Shown: piece by piece, positions 38,931 through 48,277 of the stretch | How the letters are laid out: the number at the start of each line of letters is the position of its first letter | How positions within the stretch are numbered: the first letter of the stretch is position 1 | Assembly (NCBI GenBank): GCA_046350935.1 | Contig: JAXLZK010000010.1 | Coordinates: 18,569 to 82,568, forward strand | Reading direction: 5' to 3' | DNA length: 64,000 bases | DNA from: Thermodesulfovibrionales bacterium | GTDB lineage: Bacteria; Nitrospirota; Thermodesulfovibrionia; Thermodesulfovibrionales; Dissulfurispiraceae | Program-made: the position numbers and the translations under genes | The notes under the pieces: model-generated | What the model was told of the DNA's origin: nothing | What the model saw: the letters and a program-made list of their open reading frames with translations, nothing else | Databases searched by the model: none

Positions 38931-39773
38931 ATGAAAAAAACATCTGTTGTATGCGCAGCCGTCCTTGCGGTCTTTCTGACCGCTGCAGCTGCGCCGCATG
39001 CACAGGCAGCGCCCCTGCTCGGTATCGATCCGACGGGCAGCGGGGCCTACAGTGTGCATACCGATCTTATGACCCATATGACGGACACCGGGCTCCTCAC
39101 ATCCGGAGCACAGAACACGATGGAGTTCATCTACCAGGGACGCGTCGGCACCCTGCAATTCACAGGGACACCGCTCACTCCCGCCGCACTGAACAACTCC
39201 TACGAGCTCACTATTCAGACACGGCTGCCCGAATCCATCACCAACCAGGTCTCCCTCGCCGATTCGCAGGGAGCGGTCCATCAGACTACCCTGCTGGGCA
39301 GTGCGCAGAACAGTGAGGCACTGGTGGAGATGTTTTTCGATTCCTCGCCCGATGCGAACCCGAAAAACGGCTCCGGCTACGGCGACGGGGTAAAGGTGCT
39401 CACCGGGCGTCTGCAGAGCATGGATGCCCTCCTCGATACCGTTGCCGCACCGCAGGGAGCGAGGACCTCCAACGGCTCCTTTACCGCCCATTTCACTATC
39501 GATACGGTCAACGGGGCATACCTCGACATCACCAACGCCGGCATCACCGGCCTCACCATGACAGGGACGATGAATGAGCCTCCCTTCTTTACGCCCGCCT
39601 CCCTCTGGGACGGTACTGCGTCGGCAGGGGGGACCCTGGTGAAGGTGGATGCGTCCACCTCTTTTACCGCCTCCGGGCCTTCCGCCGTCATCCCGGAGCC
39701 CTCCACCCTCCTGCTCCTCGGAGCGGGAATGCTGGGCCTGCTCGGGGCCTCGCGCAGGAGGAAGAGTACGTAG
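38931..39773 (+). CDS. PEP-CTERM sorting-domain secreted protein
   Basis: - The strong SD AAAGGAGGTG lies 7 nt before ATG 38931.
- The signal peptide is MKKTSVVCAAVLAVFLTAAAAPHAQA.
- The C-terminus VIPEPSTLLLLGAGMLGLLGASRRRKST has the PEP motif, a TM helix and a basic tail. Confidence 0.9.
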   Translation: MKKTSVVCAAVLAVFLTAAAAPHAQAAPLLGIDPTGSGAYSVHTDLMTHMTDTGLLTSGAQNTMEFIYQGRVGTLQFTGTPLTPAALNNSYELTIQTRLPESITNQVSLADSQGAVHQTTLLGSAQNSEALVEMFFDSSPDANPKNGSGYGDGVKVLTGRLQSMDALLDTVAAPQGARTSNGSFTAHFTIDTVNGAYLDITNAGITGLTMTGTMNEPPFFTPASLWDGTASAGGTLVKVDASTSFTASGPSAVIPEPSTLLLLGAGMLGLLGASRRRKST

Positions 39774-39788
39774 GAGACGCCCTGTTCA

Positions 39789-39814
39789 GGACGACGCCGG
39801 AAGCGGCGTCGTCC
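39789..39814 (+). terminator. Strong GC hairpin after the PEP-CTERM gene (terminator or mRNA-stabilising stem, no U-tract)
   Basis: GGACGACGCCG-GAAG-CGGCGTCGTCC forms an 11-bp perfect stem with a GNRA-type loop. It starts 16 nt after the stop and is followed by GCTCTCC, not a T-run. Confidence 0.45.
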
Positions 39815-39827
39815 GCTCTCCTCCCGT

Positions 39828-39857
39828 TTGACAGGAGCCACATTCTACTGATTTAAT
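39828..39857 (+). promoter_or_regulatory. Candidate sigma-70 promoter for ilvE (would give a leaderless or near-leaderless mRNA)
   Basis: TTGACA (39828-33), an 18-nt spacer, then TTTAAT (39852-57). Only 7 nt separate the -10 from ATG 39865, and no Shine-Dalgarno is visible. Confidence 0.35.
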
Positions 39858-39864
39858 AAAACGT

Positions 39865-40782
39865 ATGATCAACAAGACGGAAAAAATATGGATGAACGGA
39901 AAACTGATCGATTGGGAGAGCGCCACCGTCCATATTATGACCCATACCCTCCATTACGGACTCGGCGCCTTCGAGGGCATCCGCTGCTACAAGACCCCGA
40001 AAGGCCCCGCTATCTTCAGGCTCGATGAGCATGTGCGGAGGCTCTTTCATTCCGCGCACATCTTCCTTATGGAGATCCCCTATTCGGAGGAGGAAATCAG
40101 AAAGGCGCTCGTAGAAACGGTGCGGGCGAACAGACTTGAGGAGTGCTACCTGCGGCCCCTCGTGTATATCGGGTATGGGGCGATGGGCCTCTACCCAAGA
40201 GGGAACCCTATCCAGGTCGCTGTTGCCGCATGGCCGTGGGGTGCGTATCTGGGCGAGGACGGGCTCGAGAAAGGCATACGGGTAAAAGTATCGTCCTTTG
40301 TCCGGAACCATGTCAACTCACAGATGTCCCGCGGCAAGATCTGCGGCTACTATGTCAATTCCCAGATCGCGAAAAAGGAGGCCGTCTCCTGCGGGTACGA
40401 TGAAGCCCTGCTTCTCGATACTGAAGGCTATGTGGCTGAGGGGAGCGGGGAGAACATCTTCATTGTGCGGAACGGAATCCTGAAAACCACCCCCCTCACC
40501 TCGGTCCTGGAAGGCATCACCCGCAGCAGCATCATGAGCCTCGCAAAGGACGCGGGGATGGAAGTACGGGAGGAGCGGTTCACCCGCGATGAAGTCTACA
40601 TCTGCGACGAGGCGTTCTTTACCGGCACCGCTGCGGAGGTCACGCCTATCAGGGAGCTGGACAGCAGAACGATCGGAGAGGGCAGGGCGGGCACCGTGAC
40701 CCGGAAGCTGCAGAAGCTATTCTTCGATGCGGTAAAGGGCAGGAACAAAAAGTACGGCTCCTGGCTCACGTATGTGAAGTAG
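39865..40782 (+). CDS. ilvE: Branched-chain amino acid aminotransferase
   Basis: Intact 305-aa ORF reading [80 protein letters not shown]. This is the class IV aminotransferase pattern. Confidence 0.9.
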   Translation: MINKTEKIWMNGKLIDWESATVHIMTHTLHYGLGAFEGIRCYKTPKGPAIFRLDEHVRRLFHSAHIFLMEIPYSEEEIRKALVETVRANRLEECYLRPLVYIGYGAMGLYPRGNPIQVAVAAWPWGAYLGEDGLEKGIRVKVSSFVRNHVNSQMSRGKICGYYVNSQIAKKEAVSCGYDEALLLDTEGYVAEGSGENIFIVRNGILKTTPLTSVLEGITRSSIMSLAKDAGMEVREERFTRDEVYICDEAFFTGTAAEVTPIRELDSRTIGEGRAGTVTRKLQKLFFDAVKGRNKKYGSWLTYVK

Positions 40783-40807
40783 TTGGGAGGCGCGGCAGGA
40801 ATAAAAA

Positions 40808-40836
40808 GGGCGGCCGTACGGTCGCCCCTTTTTTGT
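40808..40836. terminator. Bidirectional Rho-independent terminator between ilvE (+) and the cytochrome gene (-)
   Basis: GGGCGGCCG-TA-CGGTCGCCC forms a stem with one G.T pair. It is flanked by AAAAA on the left and TTTTTTG on the right, so both transcripts end in a U-run. Confidence 0.75.
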
Positions 40837-40850
40837 GCTGCTCTGCCACT

Positions 40851-41168
40851 TTATTTCTTGTGGCACTTCGCACAGTTGTCCTTGTCGGTGGTGTTGAAGG
40901 CCTTCGTGCCGTCATGGCATGCACCGCAATTCTTGCCTTCCTTCATCTCCGCCATCGTTAGCTTGGCGGAGCCCTTCTTCATCTGGAAGATCTTGGTGTG
41001 ACAGTCATTGCACTTCAGGCCCTTGTCGGCATGAGTCTTCCCGTCAAAGGTGACCTTCCCCGCCCCGCCGCCGGCGAACTCCACAACCTTGCCCGGAGGA
41101 ACAGCCATGGCGCTTCCGATAAACACCACAGCGATCAAAACAGTTAAAATTGCCGCAAAAATCCTCAT
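40851..41168 (-). CDS. Periplasmic triheme cytochrome c (c7/c3 family, PpcA-like)
   Basis: The signal peptide is MRIFAAILTVLIAVVFIGSAMA. Three CxxCH motifs are present (CNDCH, CGACH, CAKCH) in about 80 mature residues. ATG 41168 has a GGGGGTGA SD; the track ORF extends to 41225. Confidence 0.85.
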   Translation of the reverse strand: MRIFAAILTVLIAVVFIGSAMAVPPGKVVEFAGGGAGKVTFDGKTHADKGLKCNDCHTKIFQMKKGSAKLTMAEMKEGKNCGACHDGTKAFNTTDKDNCAKCHKK

Positions 41169-41202
41169 GTACTCACCCCCTTTCCCTTTTGGAATAGATA
41201 TT

Positions 41203-41218
41203 AGCAACAAACGTGCCA
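41203..41218 (-). promoter_or_regulatory. Sigma-54 (-24/-12) promoter for the cytochrome gene
   Basis: The minus strand reads TGGCACgtttgTTGCT, a perfect consensus. The -12 GC lies about 36 nt upstream of ATG 41168, leaving a leader of about 23 nt with its SD. Confidence 0.75.
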
Positions 41219-41354
41219 CCCGCATTCCCCTTAAGTCTACTACATTTTTCGCGGGAGCAAAAGCTCTTTTTTCCCCTTTTGGGGAGGTGTCTCTCCGAAA
41301 AGGAAAGCATGCCCCGCCTCTGTGCGCGCCCGGAGCGGGGAATTCCCTTCCGGA

Positions 41355-42809
41355 TCAGCGCAGCTTCTTCTTCAGGAGCTCGTTCAGCAGTTGAGGGTTT
41401 GCCTTGCCTTTCATCGCCTTCATCACCTGTCCGACGAAGAAGCCCATCAGTTTCTCCTCCCCGGCGCGGAACCTCTCCGCTTCCGCAGGGTTCTTTGCGA
41501 TGATTTCGTCCACGGCAGCCTCGATGGCCCCCTCATCGCTTATCTGCACCAGCCCCTTTTCCTTCACCACCGCCCCGGCATCTTTACCGGTGCGGTACAT
41601 CTCCTCGAACACCGTCTTCGCGATCTTGCCGCTGATGGTCCCGTCGTCGATGAGCTGCAGCATGCCGGCAAGCTGCGCAGGCCTGACCGGGCAGTCTTCG
41701 ACGGCTTTCCCCTCCTCGTTGAGCAGCCGCATCAGCTCCCCCATCATCCAGTTCGATACCGCCTTGGGCTGCCCCCCCGCCTTTACCGCCTCTTCATACC
41801 ATCCGGCGATGGACCTCTCGGAGGTGAGCAGGTCCGCATCGTACTCGGGAAGTCCGTAGTCGGAGACGAAGCGTCCGCGCCGGGCGTCGGGGAGCTCGGG
41901 CAGGGAGGAGGCGGCCGCCTCGATGGTTTCCGGCGCGGTCACGAGAGGCACCAGGTCGGGATCGGGGAAATAGCGGTAGTCGTGCGCTTCCTCCTTCGAC
42001 CTCATGGAATGCGTCACTCCCGCAGCGGAATCCCAGAGCCTCGTCTCCTGGACGACCTTTCCCCCGTCCTCCAGCACCTGTATCTGGCGTTTTATTTCGT
42101 ATTCCAGCGCCTTCTCCACGAACCGGAAGGAGTTCATGTTTTTCAATTCCGCCTTCACCCCGAACTCCTTCCGCCCAACCGGACGCACCGAAACGTTCGC
42201 GTCGCACCGGAGGGAGCCCTGCTCCATGTTCCCGTCGCAGACACCGAGGTACCTGACAATGCTCCGCAGCTTCCGCATATACTCCGCCGCCTCGCGGGGG
42301 CTCCTGATGTCGGGCTCGGACACGATCTCCATGAGGGGGACTCCGGCCCGGTTCAGGTCCACGAGGCTGTAATTTCCCGCGCCCTCGTGAATGTTCTTCC
42401 CTGCGTCGTCCTCCATATGGATCCGGGTGATGCCGATCCTCTTCACCGCGCCGTCCACAACGATCTCCACGAACCCTCCCTCGCACAGGGGCAGCTCGTA
42501 CTGGCTTATCTGGTATCCCTTGGGGAGGTCGGGATAGAAGTAGTTCTTCCGGGCGAACCTGCTGTACGGCGAGATCCTGCAGTGCGTGGCAAGCCCCGTC
42601 TTGACGGCGAACTCCACCGCTTTCCTGTTCAGAACGGGGAGCACTCCCGGCATGCCGGTGCAGACGGGGCACGTCTGGGTGTTGGGTTCCGCGCCGAATT
42701 TTGTGGAGCACCCGCAAAAAAGCTTCGTCTCCGTGAGCATCTGCGCGTGGACTTCCAGCCCGATGACCGCTTCGTAGGCATCGAAAATTCCCGCTGCTTC
42801 CGTTCTCAT
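41355..42809 (-). CDS. gatB: Asp-tRNA(Asn)/Glu-tRNA(Gln) amidotransferase subunit B
   Basis: [50 protein letters not shown].. with a C-terminal GatB/YqeY domain. ATG 42809 overlaps the gatA stop (ATGA). The track ORF start at 42941 lies inside gatA. Confidence 0.9.
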   Translation of the reverse strand: MRTEAAGIFDAYEAVIGLEVHAQMLTETKLFCGCSTKFGAEPNTQTCPVCTGMPGVLPVLNRKAVEFAVKTGLATHCRISPYSRFARKNYFYPDLPKGYQISQYELPLCEGGFVEIVVDGAVKRIGITRIHMEDDAGKNIHEGAGNYSLVDLNRAGVPLMEIVSEPDIRSPREAAEYMRKLRSIVRYLGVCDGNMEQGSLRCDANVSVRPVGRKEFGVKAELKNMNSFRFVEKALEYEIKRQIQVLEDGGKVVQETRLWDSAAGVTHSMRSKEEAHDYRYFPDPDLVPLVTAPETIEAAASSLPELPDARRGRFVSDYGLPEYDADLLTSERSIAGWYEEAVKAGGQPKAVSNWMMGELMRLLNEEGKAVEDCPVRPAQLAGMLQLIDDGTISGKIAKTVFEEMYRTGKDAGAVVKEKGLVQISDEGAIEAAVDEIIAKNPAEAERFRAGEEKLMGFFVGQVMKAMKGKANPQLLNELLKKKLR

Positions 42810-44260
42810 AGAGAGGGTCTCCTCGCACGCCATTCCGTGCTCTGCTCGTAGGCGTAGGCGACTTTCAGAATAGCCTCTTCGTCGAAATGCCTCCCGATGA
42901 TCTGGAGGCCGATGGGGAGGCCCCCGCCCGTGAACCCGCACGGGACCGAAATGGCGGGAACGCCGGCAAGGTTGACGGAGATAGTGAAAATATCCGAAAG
43001 GTACATCCGGAGCGGGTCCGTCGTCCTCTCACCGATCCGGAAGGCGGCGCCCGGAGCAGTGGGGGTGACGAGCACGTCCACCTGCTCGAAGGCTTTTTCG
43101 AAATCCCGCTTTATCAGCGTCCTCGCCTGCTGGCCCTTCTTATAGTAGGCTTCGTAGTAGCCGGCGGAGAGGGCATAGGTGCCGAGCATGATCCTCCTCT
43201 TCACCTCCGCGCCGAACCCCTGCGCGCGGGTGTTCCGGTACATCTCCATCAGGTCCTTCCCCTCCGCCCTGAAACCGTATTTCACCCCGTCATAGCGTGC
43301 CAGGTTTGAAGAGGCTTCCGAGGTGGCAAGGATGTAGTAGGTCGCGACAGCGTACCCGGTGTGAGGGAGGGACACCTCCACCGGCACCGCCCCCAGGGAC
43401 TCCAGCTTCCGGAGGGCGGCGCGCACCGCGTCCTCCACCTCCCTGTCCATTCCCTCGATGAAGTATTCCCTGGGGACGCCGATGCGCATCCCCTTTATCT
43501 CCTGTCCGAGCACGCGCGCGAAATCGGGGACCTCCACCGGGGCGGAGGTGGAGTCGAAGCGATCGTGCCCAGCAATGGCGTTCAGCATGATGGCGGAATC
43601 CTCCACCGTCCGGGTGAGGGGGCCGATCTGGTCGAGGGACGACGCATACGCCACCAGCCCGTACCGCGAGACCCGCCCGTAGGTCGGCTTCAGACCGACC
43701 ACTCCGCAGAGGGAGGCGGGCTGCCGGATGGAGCCTCCCGTATCGGACCCGAGGGCGGCGATGCATTCGCCCGCGGCCACTGCAGCCGCCGAGCCGCCGC
43801 TGCTGCCTCCGGGCACCCGCTCCGTGTCCCAGGGGTTCCGCGTCGTGTGGAACCGCGAGTTCTCGGTGGAGGAGCCCATGGCGAACTCGTCGAGATTGGT
43901 CTTGCCGACCAGCAGGTAGTGCTGCTCTTTCAGCTTTCCCGTCGCCGTGCTTTCGTACGGGGGGACAAAAGTATGGAGTATCTCCGACGCGCAGGTGGTG
44001 AGCACCCCTTTGGTGCACATGTTATCCTTGACGGCAACGGGTATCCCGGTCAGAAGGGATGCCGTGTTGCCGAGGATGGCCTGCTCCGCGGCGTCAGCCA
44101 TCGCGTACGCATTGTCCCGGGTGACGGTAATGTAGGCCTTGATCCGGTCCTCCACTGCGTCGATCCGCCCGTATACGTCATCGAGGACCTCACGGGGCCT
44201 GACCTCCCTGTTGTCGAGGAGCCTGCGCACCTCCGCTATGGTCAACTCATTGAGCTTCAA
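42806..44260 (-). CDS. gatA: Glutamyl-tRNA(Gln) amidotransferase subunit A
   Basis: The amidase signature is [49 protein letters not shown]. The likely start is TTG 44260 ([11 protein letters not shown]), 7 nt after GAAGGAGG. The track start at 44287 is also a TTG. Confidence 0.9.
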   Translation of the reverse strand: MKLNELTIAEVRRLLDNREVRPREVLDDVYGRIDAVEDRIKAYITVTRDNAYAMADAAEQAILGNTASLLTGIPVAVKDNMCTKGVLTTCASEILHTFVPPYESTATGKLKEQHYLLVGKTNLDEFAMGSSTENSRFHTTRNPWDTERVPGGSSGGSAAAVAAGECIAALGSDTGGSIRQPASLCGVVGLKPTYGRVSRYGLVAYASSLDQIGPLTRTVEDSAIMLNAIAGHDRFDSTSAPVEVPDFARVLGQEIKGMRIGVPREYFIEGMDREVEDAVRAALRKLESLGAVPVEVSLPHTGYAVATYYILATSEASSNLARYDGVKYGFRAEGKDLMEMYRNTRAQGFGAEVKRRIMLGTYALSAGYYEAYYKKGQQARTLIKRDFEKAFEQVDVLVTPTAPGAAFRIGERTTDPLRMYLSDIFTISVNLAGVPAISVPCGFTGGGLPIGLQIIGRHFDEEAILKVAYAYEQSTEWRARRPSL

Positions 44261-44387
44261 GGTAATGCCTCCTTCATTGGTGCACAAGACGCGTCCCGGG
44301 GACGCTGCGTGCTGCCGGCTGCAGCAAAGGGCTGTGAAAGGCGACTGTTTGTTAATGTATCACTCTGGTATACTATTTGGCAAGGAT

Positions 44388-45404
44388 ATGAAGAAAGAGG
44401 AAGCAGATACTCCCCCGCCGTCCGCAGGGGAAGCCCCTCCCGCTTCCGGAAGCCTCCTCCCGGTCGAACCGCAGGACGTTTCAAAAAGGCTCGATATCTT
44501 TGCCGCGGAAAAGACGGGGAGCACCCGCTCGCAGGTGCAGCGGCTGATACGGGACGGCTCTATCCTGGTGAACGGGGAGGCCGCCCGCCCGAACCATGCG
44601 GTGAGGAGGCACGATCTCATCGAAATGGCGATGCCGGAACGCACGTCCCTTCCTCATGGAGACATACTCGTTCCTGAAAATATCCCTCTTACGCTCCTTT
44701 ATCGCGACGGCGCCGTCGCCGTGGTGGACAAGCCTGCAGGGCTGGTCGTATACCCTTCCGCGGGCCATGAGCGGGGGACCCTGCTCAACGCCCTCGCGTT
44801 CCACTGCAGGAAGCTCGCCACCATCGGAGGCCCCCTGCGCCCCGGCGTGGTGCATCGGCTGGACAAGGATACATCGGGGGTAATGGTGGTCGCCCTCAAT
44901 GACAGCGCATATTATTGCCTGGTCGAACAGTTCAGGGGCAGGACCATCAACCGGAAGTATCTCGCCCTGCTCTACGGAACACTGAGAGAGGATTCCGGGG
45001 AGGTCGCGCTGCGGATAGGCCGCTCGGAAGCGGACCGCAAGAAAATGTCCACCCGCGCCAGGAGGGGGAAGGAGGCGGTGACCCGGTGGAAGGTGCTCAG
45101 GAGATTCGGCGCCGCCACCCTGATCGAGGCAAAGCTCGGCACGGGGAGAACCCACCAGATCAGGGTTCACCTCTCCGCGATCGGACATCCCGTACTCGGA
45201 GACGCAACCTACGGAAAAAAGACTTTCGTGGAAATCGGAAGAAAGCGCATCTTCTTCCCCCGCCAGATGCTCCACGCGGAAACGCTGGGGTTTGCCCATC
45301 CCGCGACCGGCGCTTGCCTGGAGTTTACCAGCCCGGTTCCGCAAGACATGCAGGAATGCATAAGACAGTTGGACGCCCTCTGCGGGCTGACACCCATGCG
45401 GTAA
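44388..45404 (+). CDS. rluD: RluA/RluD-family 23S rRNA pseudouridine synthase
   Basis: The S4 domain is RLDIFAAEKTGSTRSQVQRLIRDGSILVNGE. The catalytic motif is VHRLDKDTSGVMVVA, followed by GRTHQIRVHL. ATG 44388 is used because the track ORF start at 44139 lies antisense inside gatA. Confidence 0.85.
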   Translation: MKKEEADTPPPSAGEAPPASGSLLPVEPQDVSKRLDIFAAEKTGSTRSQVQRLIRDGSILVNGEAARPNHAVRRHDLIEMAMPERTSLPHGDILVPENIPLTLLYRDGAVAVVDKPAGLVVYPSAGHERGTLLNALAFHCRKLATIGGPLRPGVVHRLDKDTSGVMVVALNDSAYYCLVEQFRGRTINRKYLALLYGTLREDSGEVALRIGRSEADRKKMSTRARRGKEAVTRWKVLRRFGAATLIEAKLGTGRTHQIRVHLSAIGHPVLGDATYGKKTFVEIGRKRIFFPRQMLHAETLGFAHPATGACLEFTSPVPQDMQECIRQLDALCGLTPMR

Positions 45405-45410
45405 GAGCAG

Positions 45411-45431
45411 AGCGCCTCCCGGCGCTGTTTT
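45411..45431 (+). terminator. Rho-independent terminator after rluD
   Basis: AGCGCC-TCCC-GGCGCT followed by GTTTTAAAA, beginning 7 nt after the stop. Confidence 0.5.
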
Positions 45432-45513
45432 AAAAGCCGGCTTCCCGCCTCCGTCCGGGGCAGTATCGGTGAGGTTGCGAAAACCCTTCCCCACCTGATA
45501 AAATTAAGGTTGT

Positions 45514-45587
45514 GCGCCCATAGCTCAGCTGGATAGAGCGTCAGACTACGAATCTGCAGGCCGGGGGTTCGAATCCCTCTGGGCGCG
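45514..45587 (+). tRNA. tRNA-Arg (anticodon ACG)
   Basis: - Hand-folded cloverleaf.
- The acceptor stem pairs GCGCCCA with TGGGCGC.
- The D arm is GCTC-AGCTGGATA-GAGC.
- The anticodon loop is CT-ACG-AA.
- The T arm is GGGGG-TTCGAAT-CCCTC.
- No CCA is encoded. Confidence 0.9.
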
Positions 45588-45608
45588 TTGATAAGACCCT
45601 TAAATAAT

Positions 45609-45644
45609 GGGGATTCCTGCATTCAGGATATCCCCGTTATTTTT
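45609..45644 (+). terminator. Rho-independent terminator after tRNA-Arg
   Basis: GGGGATTCCTG-CATT-CAGGATATCCCC forms an 11-bp stem with one bulge. It is followed by GTTATTTTT. Confidence 0.65.
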
Positions 45645-45738
45645 GCCCTGTTTACTGCGGTTCACTACATTTTCTGTGCGCCGGCCCCTGCACTCACCTC
45701 TTCAGCGCTCCGGGGGAGAGCCGCATCCAGGGGTAGGA

Positions 45739-46119
45739 TCACCTGCGCGTCCATCCCATGAATCTTCGCACCAGCAAATAAATTCCGATCCCCACGCCAT
45801 CCGCTCCGATGTCGAAGAGTGAAAATTCCCGGTACGGCAGAAAATACTGCACCAGTTCGATGAAAAGGCCGTAGGACAACAGAAGCGCCCCTTTCTTCAG
45901 AAACGATCCGGGATACGCGCCATCGATCAGGAATCCCAGAGAAATGAACGCCAGGATATGGCTTGCCTTATCACCCAAGCTCTCGCTCACCGGATTGCTG
46001 TCAATGGAAAAGGCAAGATACGAGATGACCGCGAGAGTTATCCAGAATAGGGCTCTGAGGACCCTCTGATTGCGGTCTGTGAGGGTCCTGAACCATCCGC
46101 CACGGGAAGAGGGAAGCAT
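45739..46119 (-). CDS. VanZ-like membrane protein
   Basis: 126 aa with four predicted TM segments and the VanZ-type pattern ..DKASHILAFISLGFL..ELVQYFLPYREFSLFDIGADGVGI.. Confidence 0.6.
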   Translation of the reverse strand: MLPSSRGGWFRTLTDRNQRVLRALFWITLAVISYLAFSIDSNPVSESLGDKASHILAFISLGFLIDGAYPGSFLKKGALLLSYGLFIELVQYFLPYREFSLFDIGADGVGIGIYLLVRRFMGWTRR

Positions 46120-46151
46120 AGAGGGTCTCTCCGGGTGCGCTCTTTCCGCTT

Positions 46152-46547
46152 CTACAGGACAAGCCCGAACAGCACGCCGATCCCGATCAGACCGAGGCTG
46201 TCGAACAGCTTTCTGAGCAGATTCGGCTTGTTTTCCTGCAGCGCGTGCTCGTAGGACTTCTTCTGGTAGTCGATCAACTCCTGGTACTGCTTCAGCGCAT
46301 CCCTGCCGAGGAGGAGCTGCTCTTTCTGGAGGGCGACCATCTCTTTCAGGTATCCCACCTGCCTCTCGAGCTCGCTGTTCGCCTGCCGGTACAGCTCGAT
46401 TTGCTCCTCGTAATTCCTGCCCCGCTCCAGATCCACCACAAGCCTCTGCGCGTCCTGCTCGGTGAAGCAGATATCACCCGCATACGCTGCAGAGGAGCTA
46501 ATCAACAGGCTTATAGCCAAGACTCTCCAGGCGTGCCCTGATCTCAC
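46152..46547 (-). CDS. Hypothetical secreted/anchored coiled-coil protein
   Basis: The signal peptide is MRSGHAWRVLAISLLISSSAAYA. A heptad-rich middle and a C-terminal TM segment (LGLIGIGVLFGLVL) follow. I recognise no family. Confidence 0.5.
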   Translation of the reverse strand: MRSGHAWRVLAISLLISSSAAYAGDICFTEQDAQRLVVDLERGRNYEEQIELYRQANSELERQVGYLKEMVALQKEQLLLGRDALKQYQELIDYQKKSYEHALQENKPNLLRKLFDSLGLIGIGVLFGLVL

Positions 46548-46872
46548 TCTTCCCCTCCGGTTTCTTTATCGCAGCAGCCTCCTTCTCCCTGATCCGTATC
46601 CTCCCGGCAATGCCCTTGTAGCGCTCCTCGGAAAACCGCAGCCGCTCCCCGAGCTCCGCAAGACGCCGGTCCCTCTCCCGCAACTCCGCCTCGTAGCGGG
46701 CGCGGATCCCTTCTTCCGCCAGCTTTACGGCGCGCTCGACCGCTTCCGTGCCGGACTGTCTGCCCGCTGAGAAGCCCCCCGCCAGCACGGCAAGAAGCGC
46801 AGCAAACGCCGCAGCAATAACAGGCGCCCGCCCTGCTCCGGCACGCTGTCGTGTGCTCTCTTTCTCCTCCAT
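46498..46872 (-). CDS. Hypothetical membrane-anchored coiled-coil protein
   Basis: From ATG 46872: MEEKESTRQRAGAGRAPVIAAAFAALLAVLAGGF (TM segment), then a charged helical region. It overlaps the next gene by 50 nt. The track ORF extends to 46998. Confidence 0.4.
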   Translation of the reverse strand: MEEKESTRQRAGAGRAPVIAAAFAALLAVLAGGFSAGRQSGTEAVERAVKLAEEGIRARYEAELRERDRRLAELGERLRFSEERYKGIAGRIRIREKEAAAIKKPEGKSEIRARLESLGYKPVD

Positions 46873-47077
46873 GACCCCTATTATACTGAAAGAGGCACTG
46901 TTTGCAAGGAGTTTCTGAATAAGCACGGATAAAGTGCCCTCTCCGCACCCTGCCTGGCGGTACATTCCCGCACGGAGACAGGAAGGTTCAGGACACATAA
47001 ATTCCGCTGCCGTTCAGGAAGGAGAGAAACCGAACCGGGGGAGGGAGAGCGGCCGCTTTTCAGAGCGGGACAAAGGG

Positions 47078-47206
47078 TTATTCGTCGATGAAAAAATTTC
47101 CCAGAAACAGGGATACGGTCATCAGCAGGAGCATCAGAAGATACAGGAATCTATTCATGATGTCATTCGCCACGTCGATAAAGTGCAGAAACATTTCACT
47201 ACCCAT
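47078..47206 (-). CDS. Possible 42-aa small membrane protein (below the track's size cut-off)
   Basis: My translation is MGSEMFLHFIDVANDIMNRFLYLLMLLLMTVSLFLGNFFIDE. An AGGAG lies 9 nt upstream of ATG 47206. The evidence is composition and SD only. Confidence 0.3.
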   Translation of the reverse strand: MGSEMFLHFIDVANDIMNRFLYLLMLLLMTVSLFLGNFFIDE

Positions 47207-47505
47207 TTACAGCTTTCTCCTCTTGCTACATCTCTACGGCACGAGGGCCTTCCGGCCCTGCATGCTTTCCTACCGGGGCATGCAGCCTGAATGTCCTTCC
47301 GACAGGCGATCACCCCCCATGAACGATAGCCCATCGGGTCTTTCTTTTTCAAGTCGCGAGGAGCGTTTTCCTCCATTTCAACGGGTTATAGTGAAAATGC
47401 GCGATCGCGGCAGATCTGCCGGCAGAGACCGGAAGCTCCCCCGCGCAGCTCTCCCACACTCCCTCTGCAGGCAGCAGCGTATCATATGCTGCTCTCCGTC
47501 TCCTC

Positions 47506-47844
47506 CTACGGCAGCCTCTTGCGCAGGGAGCCGACAGGAGCCCAGCCGTCCTTTCCCCTGCAATCCCCGTCCAGTATCCGCACCCGCATGAAGTCGCCCA
47601 TGAAGGTAGTACGGCTCCGCGACTCCTCATCGATCTCCACCAGCGTTCCGTCCAGCGCCTCGCACATTGTGGCGGTGTTGATATTGCCACGGGAAACGCC
47701 CGCTTCGATTTCCTCCACGCTCTCGTACACCGGGACCACCCCTCCGCCCGGGGCGCTCAGGTACCCTAAGGAAACGGCCAGGGCGGCCTGAAGCAAGGGC
47801 ATGAGCAGCAGCGCTCCCACCGCCAAAAAACACCCTCCTTTCAT
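47506..47844 (-). CDS. Hypothetical small secreted protein
   Basis: From ATG 47844, preceded by a GGAGGGAG SD: MKGGCFLAVGALLLMPLLQAALA signal peptide, then about 90 aa. I recognise no family. Confidence 0.5.
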   Translation of the reverse strand: MKGGCFLAVGALLLMPLLQAALAVSLGYLSAPGGGVVPVYESVEEIEAGVSRGNINTATMCEALDGTLVEIDEESRSRTTFMGDFMRVRILDGDCRGKDGWAPVGSLRKRLP

Positions 47845-48277
47845 ACTCCCTCCTCGCTCCGGGTCGTCTCCGCACCGCGCGTCTGCTGCGGCGGGCTGCA
47901 GAAGGCTCGTGACGAAACACGCTGCGCGCACGACCGGACATTTTCTATCTTAATCGTATCACGGAACCCTCTCCTGTTCACCTCCGGGACGGCAGCCCTC
48001 CCCCTCTGCATGGTGGCATCACAGTGCATTTTCGCGAGTGCGCTGCGCCCGCAGCAAAGCGGGAAAACGCTCCGCGTGCGCCGCGCATCCCGAAGGCCCC
48101 ACCCTGCCCCGGGCCGTCTCCCTCTCCTGGTATGTATCTTGAAATACCGGTATGAACAGCCCTCCGTAGAGGAGAAAAGAGCTGAAATGGGGCGATTTGC
48201 CCCCAAAACAGGGTGATTTCACCCCATCCGGCGCCTGCTCAGGGGAAGAGGCCCGAACCGGAGCCTTCAGGGGGGGT

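Noticed and set aside
44139-44387. 5' extension of the rluD ORF on the track.
   Set aside because: It lies antisense within gatA. The S4-domain protein has a natural start at ATG 44388.
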